The notes: a model not told the origin generated them from the sequence alone. Positions 9,229 through 18,409 are shown, counted from the first letter of the stretch. The stretch: DNA of 48,799 nucleotides from an uncultured Gemmatimonadota bacterium (GCA_964576115.1 CAZNUA010000026.1:1-48799), one strand, 5' to 3'. Made by a program: numbers and translations.

Positions 9229-9796
9229 CGAGTACCATCACCGCCAGCTGCCCCTTCCGACCGGCCAGGCGAAGGAAGAAGTTGAACCACCGCCGCCGGC
9301 GGCGCAGGAAGGGGGGCATCCGTCGGGGATCGGTGACTTCGATCGCATCGAAATCCTCATAGAAAGGAACCAGTCCGGCAGGACAGGCACCCCAGAGAGG
9401 GCGGGGCACCTCCCCTTTGACGTGGTGCAGCAGAGCGGTGGCGACACCCTGTCTCTGCCACTTGCTGTCGACGGCAACCGAGACCACTTCCCGTATTTCC
9501 CCGCGGTGCGCTTTGAGGCGCACACATCCGATGACCGATCCGGCCTCCGAGACAGCCACGAAAGAGTTCTCCCCTGCCACACCTGACAGGAGCAGGGGAG
9601 AGAGCATCCGGAAAAGGCTGAATCGCCGCGGTGCGGCGAATCCGCCCATGGTCCGCTCCCCGTTCCCGGCCGGTTGACTTCGAGACGGGATCCGGGTCAG
9701 ACCGGAGGTATGGATGCCGCCGGTACGGATCAGGCTCCTGATACCGTCCCGGTCCTCGGAACGGGCTCGGCGGATGACATAGGGATCGCGTTCGAT
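9221..9796 (-). CDS. GNAT N-acetyltransferase (start uncertain: first ATG at 9649, probable ATC start at 9796)
   Basis: Motif A VAVDSKWQRQGVATALL and motif B LVPFYEDF. The frame is open upstream of 9649 and encodes a typical GNAT N-terminus (YVIRRARSEDRDGIRSLI). GGGAGGG lies 7 nt before ATC 9796. Confidence 0.8.
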   Translation of the reverse strand: MERDPYVIRRARSEDRDGIRSLIRTGGIHTSGLTRIPSRSQPAGNGERTMGGFAAPRRFSLFRMLSPLLLSGVAGENSFVAVSEAGSVIGCVRLKAHRGEIREVVSVAVDSKWQRQGVATALLHHVKGEVPRPLWGACPAGLVPFYEDFDAIEVTDPRRMPPFLRRRRRWFNFFLRLAGRKGQLAVMVLDE

Positions 9797-9799
9797 CGA

Positions 9800-11389
9800 T
9801 CAACCCTCCCTGGAGGAATCTGAAATCGTCGCCCGCGGTGCGATATGGATCGCAAACCACCAGCGCAGCCCCCCCCATACGGCTTCGGCTCCTGGCGGAC
9901 CCGGTTGGCTCGGGGGCGCACCGGCGGGACGGGCTCTCTTCTGAACCGCCAGCGGCACGAGTTGGGCCGCTCCGGCCTCGAGAACCAGCCGCCCGCCGAG
10001 TACTATTCTGCCCCGTGCTCCGAGGTCGAGAATCTGAGCCGAAGAGTAAAGCAGCTCATCGGTCAGGATATTCCACTTTCCGAGTCCGAGAATGAGGGGC
10101 TCCCACGATTCCAGAGACCCGTCGGAGTGCAGGTGATGAAGGTCGACGCCGATCTCGCCTCCCGCCGGATCCTGCCGGGGAAAGCGGTGTCGAACCCCGA
10201 AGCTCAGCACCGACAGCTCCGCCTCGGCGTCTGCGCTACGTCTGAGGCCGAGGAGATCTATGATCGTCGGGGTGAAGGGCCAGAATTCGAAACCTCCTTC
10301 CGCCTCCTCGTTCGTATCGGAGTAGCCGCCCCAGAACCGCCATCGGCCGGCGGTCCCCGGCGGCCGGTACCCGATCCGCACCCACTCGCGCCGGTCGTCG
10401 AGCAGAATCCTGGCGTACCGAAGCCCCAGGGATCGGAGTTCGGCGCGATGTCGGCTCCGCTCGATTCCCGCGGCGACCTGCCAGATGTCGTTCGGAGTTG
10501 CGATCTGTGCTTCGGCCAGGCGCGGTTTGAGCCGGGGGACGAGGCGATGACGGGGCTCGCTGTCGCCCCGACCGGTCGTCTCGCCGGCATCACCCCGGAA
10601 CCGGATCGACCACCCGTGAAGCCGTCCCTCGATTCGGATCCCGATCGCCGATCGCCACGCCGGTACTATCAGATGCGCTCCGGCATCGCGATAGCGCAGA
10701 TCGATGGCATCGGCGACCGCCTCCCGGGAGCCGAAGAGACTGAACGAAACGGCTCCGCCCATCCTTGCCCTGATCGCTACGGCACACTCCGTCAGCCCGG
10801 CACTTCCTTCCTTCTGTCCCACGGCCGCAATAGCGCTCAGCCCGGGCAACCGCAGCCGGCTTCCTATCCAGAGATGCCCTTCCGTGACGCTCCGATCGAT
10901 ATCACCCGATCCGCCTGTCAGGAAGGCGTCCGAGTCCACCCCTTCGTGGCGCCAACCGCTCATGAGGTCCAGCCGGTGCCGTGTGACGGGAACCGAGAGT
11001 GCGAGATCGTACGTGTGACCGTGAAAATCGTTATGAGTGCGGCCCTCGAGGCGGTCGCGGTACAGGAGCGATCCGCCTTCGGCGAGGAAGACGAGAGGAA
11101 GCTCCCCCGGCAACCAGAGCAGGGGATCGGTGATCGGCGATACGCCGGGCATTCCCGGCCGGGCCGAGTGCCCCCGGCTCCATCCGGCGACCGGCAGGGG
11201 GATTGTACTCTCGAAACCGCGGAATCCGCCGGCGGGTGCCAACAGGCGGGCTGTTTCAGGCCAGAGGTGGGTCAGCTGAGCCCGGGCCGTCCCTGCGGTG
11301 AGCAGCAGGGAGAGGAAAAGAATGCCTGTCCCGCAGAGAGCAGGGCGAGGGGAAAAGCGGCGAGGTGTCAGTTCAGACCTCGGCTTCAT
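9800..11389 (-). CDS. Hypothetical exported protein, probable outer-membrane beta-barrel
   Basis: Signal peptide (GILFLSLLLTAGTARA|Q) and many alternating Gly/aromatic/Arg beta-strand-like segments. Confidence 0.6.
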   Translation of the reverse strand: MKPRSELTPRRFSPRPALCGTGILFLSLLLTAGTARAQLTHLWPETARLLAPAGGFRGFESTIPLPVAGWSRGHSARPGMPGVSPITDPLLWLPGELPLVFLAEGGSLLYRDRLEGRTHNDFHGHTYDLALSVPVTRHRLDLMSGWRHEGVDSDAFLTGGSGDIDRSVTEGHLWIGSRLRLPGLSAIAAVGQKEGSAGLTECAVAIRARMGGAVSFSLFGSREAVADAIDLRYRDAGAHLIVPAWRSAIGIRIEGRLHGWSIRFRGDAGETTGRGDSEPRHRLVPRLKPRLAEAQIATPNDIWQVAAGIERSRHRAELRSLGLRYARILLDDRREWVRIGYRPPGTAGRWRFWGGYSDTNEEAEGGFEFWPFTPTIIDLLGLRRSADAEAELSVLSFGVRHRFPRQDPAGGEIGVDLHHLHSDGSLESWEPLILGLGKWNILTDELLYSSAQILDLGARGRIVLGGRLVLEAGAAQLVPLAVQKRARPAGAPPSQPGPPGAEAVWGGLRWWFAIHIAPRATISDSSREG

Positions 11390-11573
11390 GGGCAGGTCAT
11401 CCTATCTGGGCAGGAGCGGCTCAGCGGTCGACCTTCTTCGACGGGTGACAACCACAATCTACTCGAAACAGGTCCGGCGGACTACCTCCTGCTGCCGTGT
11501 CCCGTATTCGACCGGCGGCTTCGCGTGCTGCGGTTCGGTTTTTCCGGCCGTCGAGAAGGATCGATCGGGATTG

Positions 11574-11603
11574 TTGACCCGTCTGCAAGCCCGGCGTTAT
11601 GTT
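11574..11603 (+). promoter_or_regulatory. Putative sigma70 promoter for the OMP-LolA-MMPL operon
   Basis: TTGACC (11574-11579), 18-nt spacer, TATGTT (11598-11603). Confidence 0.35.
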
Positions 11604-11709
11604 CGGTTCGGATACGGCCCGACCCGTTTCCCGGCTTTGATCGACCATCCTGTCACCACGACGGAGCGGCGAGGCCGTCTGACACCACGTTCCGGTTACC
11701 AGGAAAGGT

Positions 11710-13125
11710 ATGGCCCCGAAAATGCGGATGTCCCTCCCTGCCGCGGGTTGCGTCCTGGTCATTCTTCATGTCCTGGCGCAAGCGCCGGCCGTGTTCGGGC
11801 AGGAAAACCCGTCGGGTGGAGGCGATTCCCTGCGGTTCGATCACCACCTCGACAAACCGGCCTATGAACTCAACCTGCGCCATATCGGATATGGACGGGA
11901 GAGCGAGAATGAGGCCCGGCGGTATTTCCTGGACGCGGAGATTCTGGGGTCGTTGCGGGGCCGGTTCGGAGATCGTCTGCACTATACCCTCGCACCGCAG
12001 ATCCGGTTTGATAACGCCGATCGGACCGAGGCCGGATTCACGTTTTCGGAGAGAACCTCGACCCGACCTCTGTTCACCTTCAAAGAAGCCTATGCCGCCT
12101 GGTACGGCGATGTCTGGGAAGTCACCGTCGGGAAGAAAATATTCAGCTGGGGCGTGGGGGACGGATTCCGCCCCGCCGACAATCTGAATCCGTATGATTT
12201 CCTTGATGTGATCGAAGCCGGGAAGATCGGTATTCCGGCTCTCTCTGTTTTCCGCTATGGGGAGAAGATCAGCACCCAGCTGGTATTCGTTCCTCTTTTC
12301 ATTCCCGGCCGGCTGCCGGCAACGGATAACCGCTGGGCTTTCGAAGACGCCGCGGCCGAGGCGCGGATCCACGAGACCTTTGGTGACTGGTATACCGTCG
12401 CCGATGGTGGGCGCGTTCTGCCCGCTATGTCCCTGAGCGAAGCACAGTACGCCCTGAGACTGAACAGCAGTACCCTCCTGATGGGCTGGGATCTGAGCTT
12501 CTCGTACTTCCGCGGCCGGTATGCCTATGGCGTCCTGTTTCTGGAGGATGTGATCTTCCCGCCGGCCGATCCGGAGGCGGGACTGCAGCCCCCCGTCCTG
12601 ATGATCGAGCAGGTGTATCCGGAGTACCGGGAGATCACCGCCGGCTTCTCGACCACGGCCGGCAACTGGGAATTTCACGCCGGCGCCGCCCTGCACCGTA
12701 CCCTGGACCGGGCAATGGATGACAGCTTCAACGAGTACGTCGCGGGAATCAATCACACCCTCTACGATCCCGGTCTTCCCCTGCTGCGGGAAGTGATCGC
12801 GACGCTCGAGTACGCCGGCATCGGAGTGACCCGCGAACGCCCCGCCGACAGCCGGTACTCCGGAGCGGGTTTCGGTCGCGGTCTGGACAACGCTCTGCTG
12901 GCGGATCTGCAGCTCACCTTTTCCGATGATACCCATCTGAACCTGCAGGGGGCGGTGAACCTCGATCCGGGTGATCGGTACTCCCGGATTGCGCTCTCGC
13001 ACCGACTGTGGGACCGTATTACACTGGAAGTCGATTACCAGACCTTCGCAGGGCCGCCGGACAGCTTCTTCGGAGGGTGGGACGAAAACGACCGTTTCGT
13101 CATGCGGATTGCCGGAAGCTTCTGA
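11710..13125 (+). CDS. Outer-membrane beta-barrel protein (DUF1302-like)
   Basis: Signal peptide; KEAYAAW..., VGKKIFSWGVGDGFRPADNLNPYD, FFGGWDENDR; C-terminal Phe (IAGSF). First gene of an OMP-LolA-MMPL triad. Confidence 0.8.
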   Translation: MAPKMRMSLPAAGCVLVILHVLAQAPAVFGQENPSGGGDSLRFDHHLDKPAYELNLRHIGYGRESENEARRYFLDAEILGSLRGRFGDRLHYTLAPQIRFDNADRTEAGFTFSERTSTRPLFTFKEAYAAWYGDVWEVTVGKKIFSWGVGDGFRPADNLNPYDFLDVIEAGKIGIPALSVFRYGEKISTQLVFVPLFIPGRLPATDNRWAFEDAAAEARIHETFGDWYTVADGGRVLPAMSLSEAQYALRLNSSTLLMGWDLSFSYFRGRYAYGVLFLEDVIFPPADPEAGLQPPVLMIEQVYPEYREITAGFSTTAGNWEFHAGAALHRTLDRAMDDSFNEYVAGINHTLYDPGLPLLREVIATLEYAGIGVTRERPADSRYSGAGFGRGLDNALLADLQLTFSDDTHLNLQGAVNLDPGDRYSRIALSHRLWDRITLEVDYQTFAGPPDSFFGGWDENDRFVMRIAGSF

Positions 13126-13164
13126 TCCCGACCCGGCCCGGGTCTATCGCGGAGAGGCCTGCCG

Positions 13165-13965
13165 ATGAAACTGAGCGTACTGCCTGCCATCCTGTGCCTT
13201 TTTCTGGTCCCGGCGCCGCTCCTCGGCCAGACGCCATCGGGCCAGGAGATCATGGAGGAAATCGAACAGCGGCACGACGCCCGGTCCGAGAGAACCCGGG
13301 TTCTGATGCAGCTGTATGACCGACGGGACCGGGTCAGGGAGCGGGAACTGAGTATCCTCCTCAAAGAGGGAGAGGAGGGAATCAACAAGGCCATCCTGAA
13401 GTTTCTCTCCCCGGCCGATATCCGGAACGTCGGTCTGCTCACCTGGGACCGGGAAAGCGACGGGGAAGACGATCAGTGGCTCTACCTTCCAGCCGGTGAG
13501 TCGGTGAGACGCATCGCCGGCGGCAACAAGAAGAGCCAGTTCATGGGCACTGACCTGGCTTTCGAGGATCTGAGGTCCGAGGACCTGGCCAGCCACACCT
13601 ACGAGGTTGTCGGGGAAGAGGAGGTCGACGGGCACCCCTGCTGGATGATCGACGCCCTGCCCGGCACCGAGAAGGAGAAGAGCGAAACAGGGTACGGGAG
13701 GCGACGCATCTGGGTCAGGAAGGACATCTACTTCATCATCCAGGTCGAGTTTTACAACCACAGCGACAAGCTGATCAAGACCGCCGCCTTCGACGATCTG
13801 GAGCAGGTGCGGGATCAGCTGTGGCGCGCCAGTCGATCCACCTTCGTGCGGGTTCTCGCCGGAACCAGAACCGTCATGACGACGCAGTCGCGCGAACTGG
13901 ATGTGGACCTGCCCGACAGCCTGTTCACGCAACAGGGTCTGCGGCGACCACCCGGACGCGAGTAA
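13165..13965 (+). CDS. Outer-membrane lipoprotein-sorting (LolA-like) periplasmic protein
   Basis: Signal peptide; ILKFLSPADIRNVGLL, DDQWLYLPA, VRRIAG, FMGTDLAFED, LPDSLFT. Confidence 0.88.
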   Translation: MKLSVLPAILCLFLVPAPLLGQTPSGQEIMEEIEQRHDARSERTRVLMQLYDRRDRVRERELSILLKEGEEGINKAILKFLSPADIRNVGLLTWDRESDGEDDQWLYLPAGESVRRIAGGNKKSQFMGTDLAFEDLRSEDLASHTYEVVGEEEVDGHPCWMIDALPGTEKEKSETGYGRRRIWVRKDIYFIIQVEFYNHSDKLIKTAAFDDLEQVRDQLWRASRSTFVRVLAGTRTVMTTQSRELDVDLPDSLFTQQGLRRPPGRE

Positions 13966-14020
13966 CAGGAAAGGCCAGTCCGGAGCCGTCTGACCGGACG
14001 TACAGGGGGCTGATGCACCG

Positions 14021-16747
14021 GTGAAGACTCTCATGAGATGGATCGTCTCCCACCCCGGGCCTTCCTGGGTGATCGTCATTTTCCTCACCGGCATATTCAG
14101 CCTCGGACTGGGGCGGGTGAGGAGCGATTCTTCGACCACCAACCTGTATATCGAGGGCGATCCGCGGGTGCTCGAATACTACCGGGCGAAGGAACTGTTC
14201 GGGGAAGACATCATTCTGACCATCGTTCTCAGGGCCGAGAACATCTTCCGCACCGATATCCTGGAGACGGTCGTCCAGATGACCTATGAAGCCGAGGGTC
14301 TGGACGGCGTATTCCGGGTTGTGAGTCTATCCACCGCCAGCAACCTGGATGGAAGTGAGGGCTGGCTGAATACCGAAGGACTCCTGCCCTATGTGCCCGA
14401 CACACCCGAGGAACTGGCCGCTCTGCGGGCCCGGGCGCTCGACAGCAGGATTTTTCGTGGGGAACTGCTGAACGCCCAGGGTTCCGCAACCGCCATCCAT
14501 CTGTTCGTGGAAGATCGTCCCGACGAAGAGGGTTTCAACGAGCGTCTGGTTTCCGCCGTCGGGGAGATGATCGATGAGGCCCGGGCCCAACTGGGCCCGG
14601 AGGTGACGATCTACCAGTTCGGCTCGCCCTACTTGAAGGCGAGCATCCTCGACTCTCTCCGGCGGAGCATCCTGACCCTGACCCCGGCTGCCGTCCTGGC
14701 GCTGTTCCTGATCCTCTTTCTTTTCTTCCGGACCTTCCGGGCCATACTCATCCCTTCGGTAACCGGTCTGTTCAGTGTTGTCTGGACGGTCGGTTTCATG
14801 GGCATGTGCGGTTTCGCCATCAATCCGGTCTCGGTGATGATCCCCCCCCTGCTCATCGTGATCGGCTGCACCGAGGACATTCATCTGCTGGCCGAATACC
14901 GACGGGGGCTCAAGAACGGATTGGACAGGCACGCGGCCATCTGCCGGATGGCCGATAAGGGTGGTCTGGCCATTCTCCTGACCTCCCTGACCACCTTCGT
15001 CGGTTTCATTACCCTGGTCCCGAACTCCATCCCCCTGCTGCGCGAATTCGGTATCGCTGTCTCCTTCGGCATCGCCGCCAACTTCCTCATCACGATTCTG
15101 GTCGTGCCCGGCATGCTCCGCTGGTTCAAACCCCACGTGCCGACCGGCAGGAGCGGTGATCGTCTGATGAGGTGGAGTGAGTCCCTGCTGGTGAAGGCCG
15201 GTTTCCGGCACCGCCGGGGGATCCTCGTCGGTGTGGGCGTGCTCCTGCTGGCGGCGATCGTCTGTACTTCCCTGGTCCGGGTGGACACCGACTATCTCCG
15301 TTTTTTCAAAGAGAAATCGGAGATCCGCCGGATCTATCGTGATCTCTCGCTTCATCTCGTGGGGGGAACCAATATGATGGTGATCGTCTCGGCCGATGAG
15401 GCGGACGCCATGAAATCGCCCGATGTGCTGGACAACGTGGTTCGCCTGAGTGACTTCCTGGCCGAACGCTATGACAAGGTGCTGGGTTACACCGACTTCC
15501 TGCGCAAGATGCATCAGGAGATGAACGACGGTGATCCCCGGTATCATATGCTGCCATCTTCCCGGGAACTGATATCCCAGTATACGCTCCTGTTGAACCA
15601 GGACGACCTGAGCCGATTCGTGGACTACGACTATCAGAGTACGTGTGTCCTGATCCGGGCCGATCTGAGCGGCTCCAGCGCCATCAACGCCGAAGTCACC
15701 GAGATCCGGCGTTTCATCGACACCGAACTCACCCGGGATCTGCAGTACGCCATCACGGGAGAGCCGGTCATCGTCTCGGGGACCTCGGATACCATCAGCC
15801 GGGAACTGGTCGTCAACCTGGGCTACGTTCTGGCCGCCATATTCGTGTTCATTTCCATCCTGTTCATGTCGATGAAGGCCGGCCTGCTCGCCATGGTTCC
15901 CAATATCGTTCCCATCATGGCCACCTTTGCCGCTATGGGACTGATGAGGATCCCGCTGAGTACCAGTACCTTCCCGGTTGCCATCATCGCACTGGGGATC
16001 GCGGTGGACGACACCATCCACCTGATGGTCCGCTACTCCAAGGAGATCAAGAAACAGGACTCCAATACGATCGCCATGACGCGAACGGTACGGGAAGAAC
16101 TCCGGCCTGTCCTTTCGACCTCCCTGGCCCTGATGATCGGGTTCCTGGTCTTTCTCTTCTCCACCTTCGGTGCGACGGTGGAGTTCGGGATCCTGGCCAC
16201 CATCGCCATGGGGGCGGCCATGATCAGCGATCTGCTCGTCACCCCCAGTCTGCTGCTCACCACGCCGTTGATCACCTCGTGGGACTTCATCAAACTCAAG
16301 GTCAGCGGCGATCTGGCCGAGACCAGTCCCATGCTGAAGGGGCTCTCGCTCCGGGAGATCAAGCGGGTGGCCGCCATGGCCACGATCCAGGAATTCCCGC
16401 GTGGGGAGCTGCTCCTGGAAGAAGGGCAGGAAGGCCGGAACATGTACATGCTCCTCAGCGGATCGGCTGAAGTACGATCGCGGGCGAGCGGCAAGGTCCT
16501 GAGTGTAGTCCGGCGCGGTGACGTGGTCGGTGAGATGGGATTCTTGACCGGGGCCTGCCGCTCAGCCGATGTGGTCGCCATCGAAGAGGTGGAGGCCCTG
16601 GAAATCAATGCAGCCACTCTCGATCGGCTGCGCCTGCGGTTCCTTCACGTCGCCGCCAAGGTCTTCTACAACATCTCCCAGGTATTGAGCGACCGGCTGC
16701 GTGAAACCACCAGCGATCTGGTCCGGGAACGAAACAGGCAGATGTAA
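14021..16747 (+). CDS. MMPL/RND-family transporter with C-terminal cyclic-nucleotide-binding domain
   Basis: Two RND halves (IGCTEDIHLL; TSLTTFVGF; LGIAVDDTIHL; STSLALMIGF) and a C-terminal cNMP domain (EGQEGRNMYMLLSG...GDVVGEMGFL...RSADV). Confidence 0.92.
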   Translation: MKTLMRWIVSHPGPSWVIVIFLTGIFSLGLGRVRSDSSTTNLYIEGDPRVLEYYRAKELFGEDIILTIVLRAENIFRTDILETVVQMTYEAEGLDGVFRVVSLSTASNLDGSEGWLNTEGLLPYVPDTPEELAALRARALDSRIFRGELLNAQGSATAIHLFVEDRPDEEGFNERLVSAVGEMIDEARAQLGPEVTIYQFGSPYLKASILDSLRRSILTLTPAAVLALFLILFLFFRTFRAILIPSVTGLFSVVWTVGFMGMCGFAINPVSVMIPPLLIVIGCTEDIHLLAEYRRGLKNGLDRHAAICRMADKGGLAILLTSLTTFVGFITLVPNSIPLLREFGIAVSFGIAANFLITILVVPGMLRWFKPHVPTGRSGDRLMRWSESLLVKAGFRHRRGILVGVGVLLLAAIVCTSLVRVDTDYLRFFKEKSEIRRIYRDLSLHLVGGTNMMVIVSADEADAMKSPDVLDNVVRLSDFLAERYDKVLGYTDFLRKMHQEMNDGDPRYHMLPSSRELISQYTLLLNQDDLSRFVDYDYQSTCVLIRADLSGSSAINAEVTEIRRFIDTELTRDLQYAITGEPVIVSGTSDTISRELVVNLGYVLAAIFVFISILFMSMKAGLLAMVPNIVPIMATFAAMGLMRIPLSTSTFPVAIIALGIAVDDTIHLMVRYSKEIKKQDSNTIAMTRTVREELRPVLSTSLALMIGFLVFLFSTFGATVEFGILATIAMGAAMISDLLVTPSLLLTTPLITSWDFIKLKVSGDLAETSPMLKGLSLREIKRVAAMATIQEFPRGELLLEEGQEGRNMYMLLSGSAEVRSRASGKVLSVVRRGDVVGEMGFLTGACRSADVVAIEEVEALEINAATLDRLRLRFLHVAAKVFYNISQVLSDRLRETTSDLVRERNRQM

Positions 16748-16777
16748 ACAGGCAGGTGTGAAAGGTCGGGCGATATG

Positions 16778-16808
16778 AAAAGGCCGGAGCTCAGGTCGCT
16801 CCGGCCTT
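16778..16808 (-). terminator. Intrinsic terminator-like hairpin between convergent genes
   Basis: 11-bp perfect stem AAGGCCGGAGC/GCTCCGGCCTT with a 7-nt loop, followed by TTTT on the minus strand; possibly bidirectional. Confidence 0.65.
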
Positions 16809-16856
16809 CCCGCATCAGGCGGATCCGTCGGGATCCACCGGCTCTCATCCCGTCCT

Positions 16857-18257
16857 TCAGAGAGAATTGTTGGGGGGTATAAGGCCAATCATGACCAGGA
16901 GGCTTTCCAGGTTGGGAATGGAAAAGAACGGCCCCGCCCCCGGGAAGTCGTCGATATTGAAGACGGCTTTGAACATCGAATCTCCCGTCGGCGCGAAGTC
17001 CGGCAGGATGCCGTGCATCGAGGCGTCGGGGAAGACGAATTGCGTGAAATCACTCTCCGGATAGCCATCCCAGTACCACCCCTGAAACGTGCTGTCCCAG
17101 TGATAAGGCGGCAGCAGTCCTTTGACGTCGGGAATGGGATCGGTGAAGATCACCGAGACATCCACCTGAACGCTCTCTTCCGCGGCGTCATCGTCGAAAT
17201 TCCCGGTTACGGTGAAGGGGCCGTTCATGATGCCCACGAACTGGGTGAGTCCGGGTACCAGTGAATCGATATCCGCCGGAGACAAACCCTCCTCCGGATC
17301 GAGTTTGATCAGGTCATCCGTCTGATCGTCGGTTTCGGCTTCGAGACTGACTATGAACGAACTCATGAGGGAGACACCGTCCAGCAGGGTGGTGCGGAAC
17401 GATTTCATATTATCTTCGCCGTTCGGCCGGAGCGCGAGAAAGGGACCATCCGTCTGATTGAAGGCCGCTTTCACGCCGGTCGTGTCCGCCATGTCCGGAA
17501 TGTCCATGTTGTAAGCGACGAAGGTATGGAACGGGGCCTTCATGAGATGGACGAAGACGTCGAGCATGTAGATATCGGTCTCGTCGATTTCGATCTGAGC
17601 ACCCTCTTCCATGCCGAGCTGCTCGGAGGTCAGAACCATCGACCAGTCGTCCAGGTCCTCGACGGTCTTGAAATGCCCGATCACTCTGTCGAGGGTCGCA
17701 ATGACGACCATTTCCGCCACATCCTGGATCTCGCTCAGATTGACGGGGTCATTCTGAGCCAGGCGGGCAAGGTCGATGCTGAACCAGTCGAGCACACTCC
17801 CCGTAAAGAGGTCCGTCCGCTCTGCAGTGCGGAAGATTCCGGCCAGACGTCCCGGCCCGGGCGGTGCCTCCGCGACGACTTTCCCGAGACTGAGCCGGGC
17901 GGCTGAGGTCTCCCCGAACAACGCCGTGATCTGGGGGTTGAATGCCAGCAGAACGATTTCGGTCAGGGCCAACCCGACATTGGCGTCGCCGTTCTTCGGA
18001 TCAAAATCGAGGGCCTCTTCGAACTTGAGTTTGGACGCCTGCAACGTACTCACGTTGAAGGAGGTATCGTTCACCGCCTGTACCAGCAGGTCGTATCCTT
18101 CCCCCGCCAGCAGCTGGGCCTGAGCCCGATCCTGCGCTGATGGTCCGGTGGGAGTCTTCTCGCATCCCGATCCGGCCAGCAGGACGAGAATGAAGGCGAG
18201 CGGTGCGATTATTCCTGCCGGAGCAGAGAGAAACCGGTAATGGCTGTGAGCGTGCAT
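16857..18257 (-). CDS. Hypothetical acidic lipoprotein with a TPR-like repeat
   Basis: AGGAGGA RBS before MHAHSH (18257); hydrophobic stretch ending LLAGSG-C-EKTPTGP; TPR-like FEEALDFDPKNGDANVGLAL. Confidence 0.75.
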   Translation of the reverse strand: MHAHSHYRFLSAPAGIIAPLAFILVLLAGSGCEKTPTGPSAQDRAQAQLLAGEGYDLLVQAVNDTSFNVSTLQASKLKFEEALDFDPKNGDANVGLALTEIVLLAFNPQITALFGETSAARLSLGKVVAEAPPGPGRLAGIFRTAERTDLFTGSVLDWFSIDLARLAQNDPVNLSEIQDVAEMVVIATLDRVIGHFKTVEDLDDWSMVLTSEQLGMEEGAQIEIDETDIYMLDVFVHLMKAPFHTFVAYNMDIPDMADTTGVKAAFNQTDGPFLALRPNGEDNMKSFRTTLLDGVSLMSSFIVSLEAETDDQTDDLIKLDPEEGLSPADIDSLVPGLTQFVGIMNGPFTVTGNFDDDAAEESVQVDVSVIFTDPIPDVKGLLPPYHWDSTFQGWYWDGYPESDFTQFVFPDASMHGILPDFAPTGDSMFKAVFNIDDFPGAGPFFSIPNLESLLVMIGLIPPNNSL

Positions 18258-18380
18258 AGGACGTCGTTCCTCCTCAAGCGGCTGCTGTCGGCGACTTGAC
18301 CTGACAGGGAGAGGCAGGGAGCCGATGGACCAGTGTGGCCGGGGATCTCCTGTTGTCATGCCCCTGCTTCATTCAGTATC

Positions 18381-18409
18381 AGTCTAGGCCGTATGAGATT
18401 GCGGGTCAA
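18381..18409 (-). promoter_or_regulatory. Putative sigma70 promoter of the lipoprotein gene
   Basis: Minus strand TTGACC, 17 nt, TAGACT. Confidence 0.55.

Noticed and set aside
9800-9802. Selenocysteine UGA joining the 529-aa ORF and the GNAT
   Set aside because: No Cys-like catalytic context or convincing SECIS, and fusing an exported protein to a cytoplasmic GNAT is implausible.
11468-11515. SRP (4.5S) RNA, suggested by CAGGTCCGG and GGCAGCAG
   Set aside because: The CAGG-UCC-GNRA-GGA-AGCA helix-8 motif is not complete on either strand.
9845-12187. 780-aa plus-strand ORF
   Set aside because: Antisense to the signal-peptide-bearing 529-aa gene and out of frame with the DUF1302-like gene; no motifs; typical high-GC shadow ORF.
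14327-16021. Long antisense ORFs (also 40237-41994, 43318-45147, 11653-13002, 22248-23585, 4926-6200)
   Set aside because: They mirror well-supported genes on the opposite strand and are expected from GC-rich codon bias.
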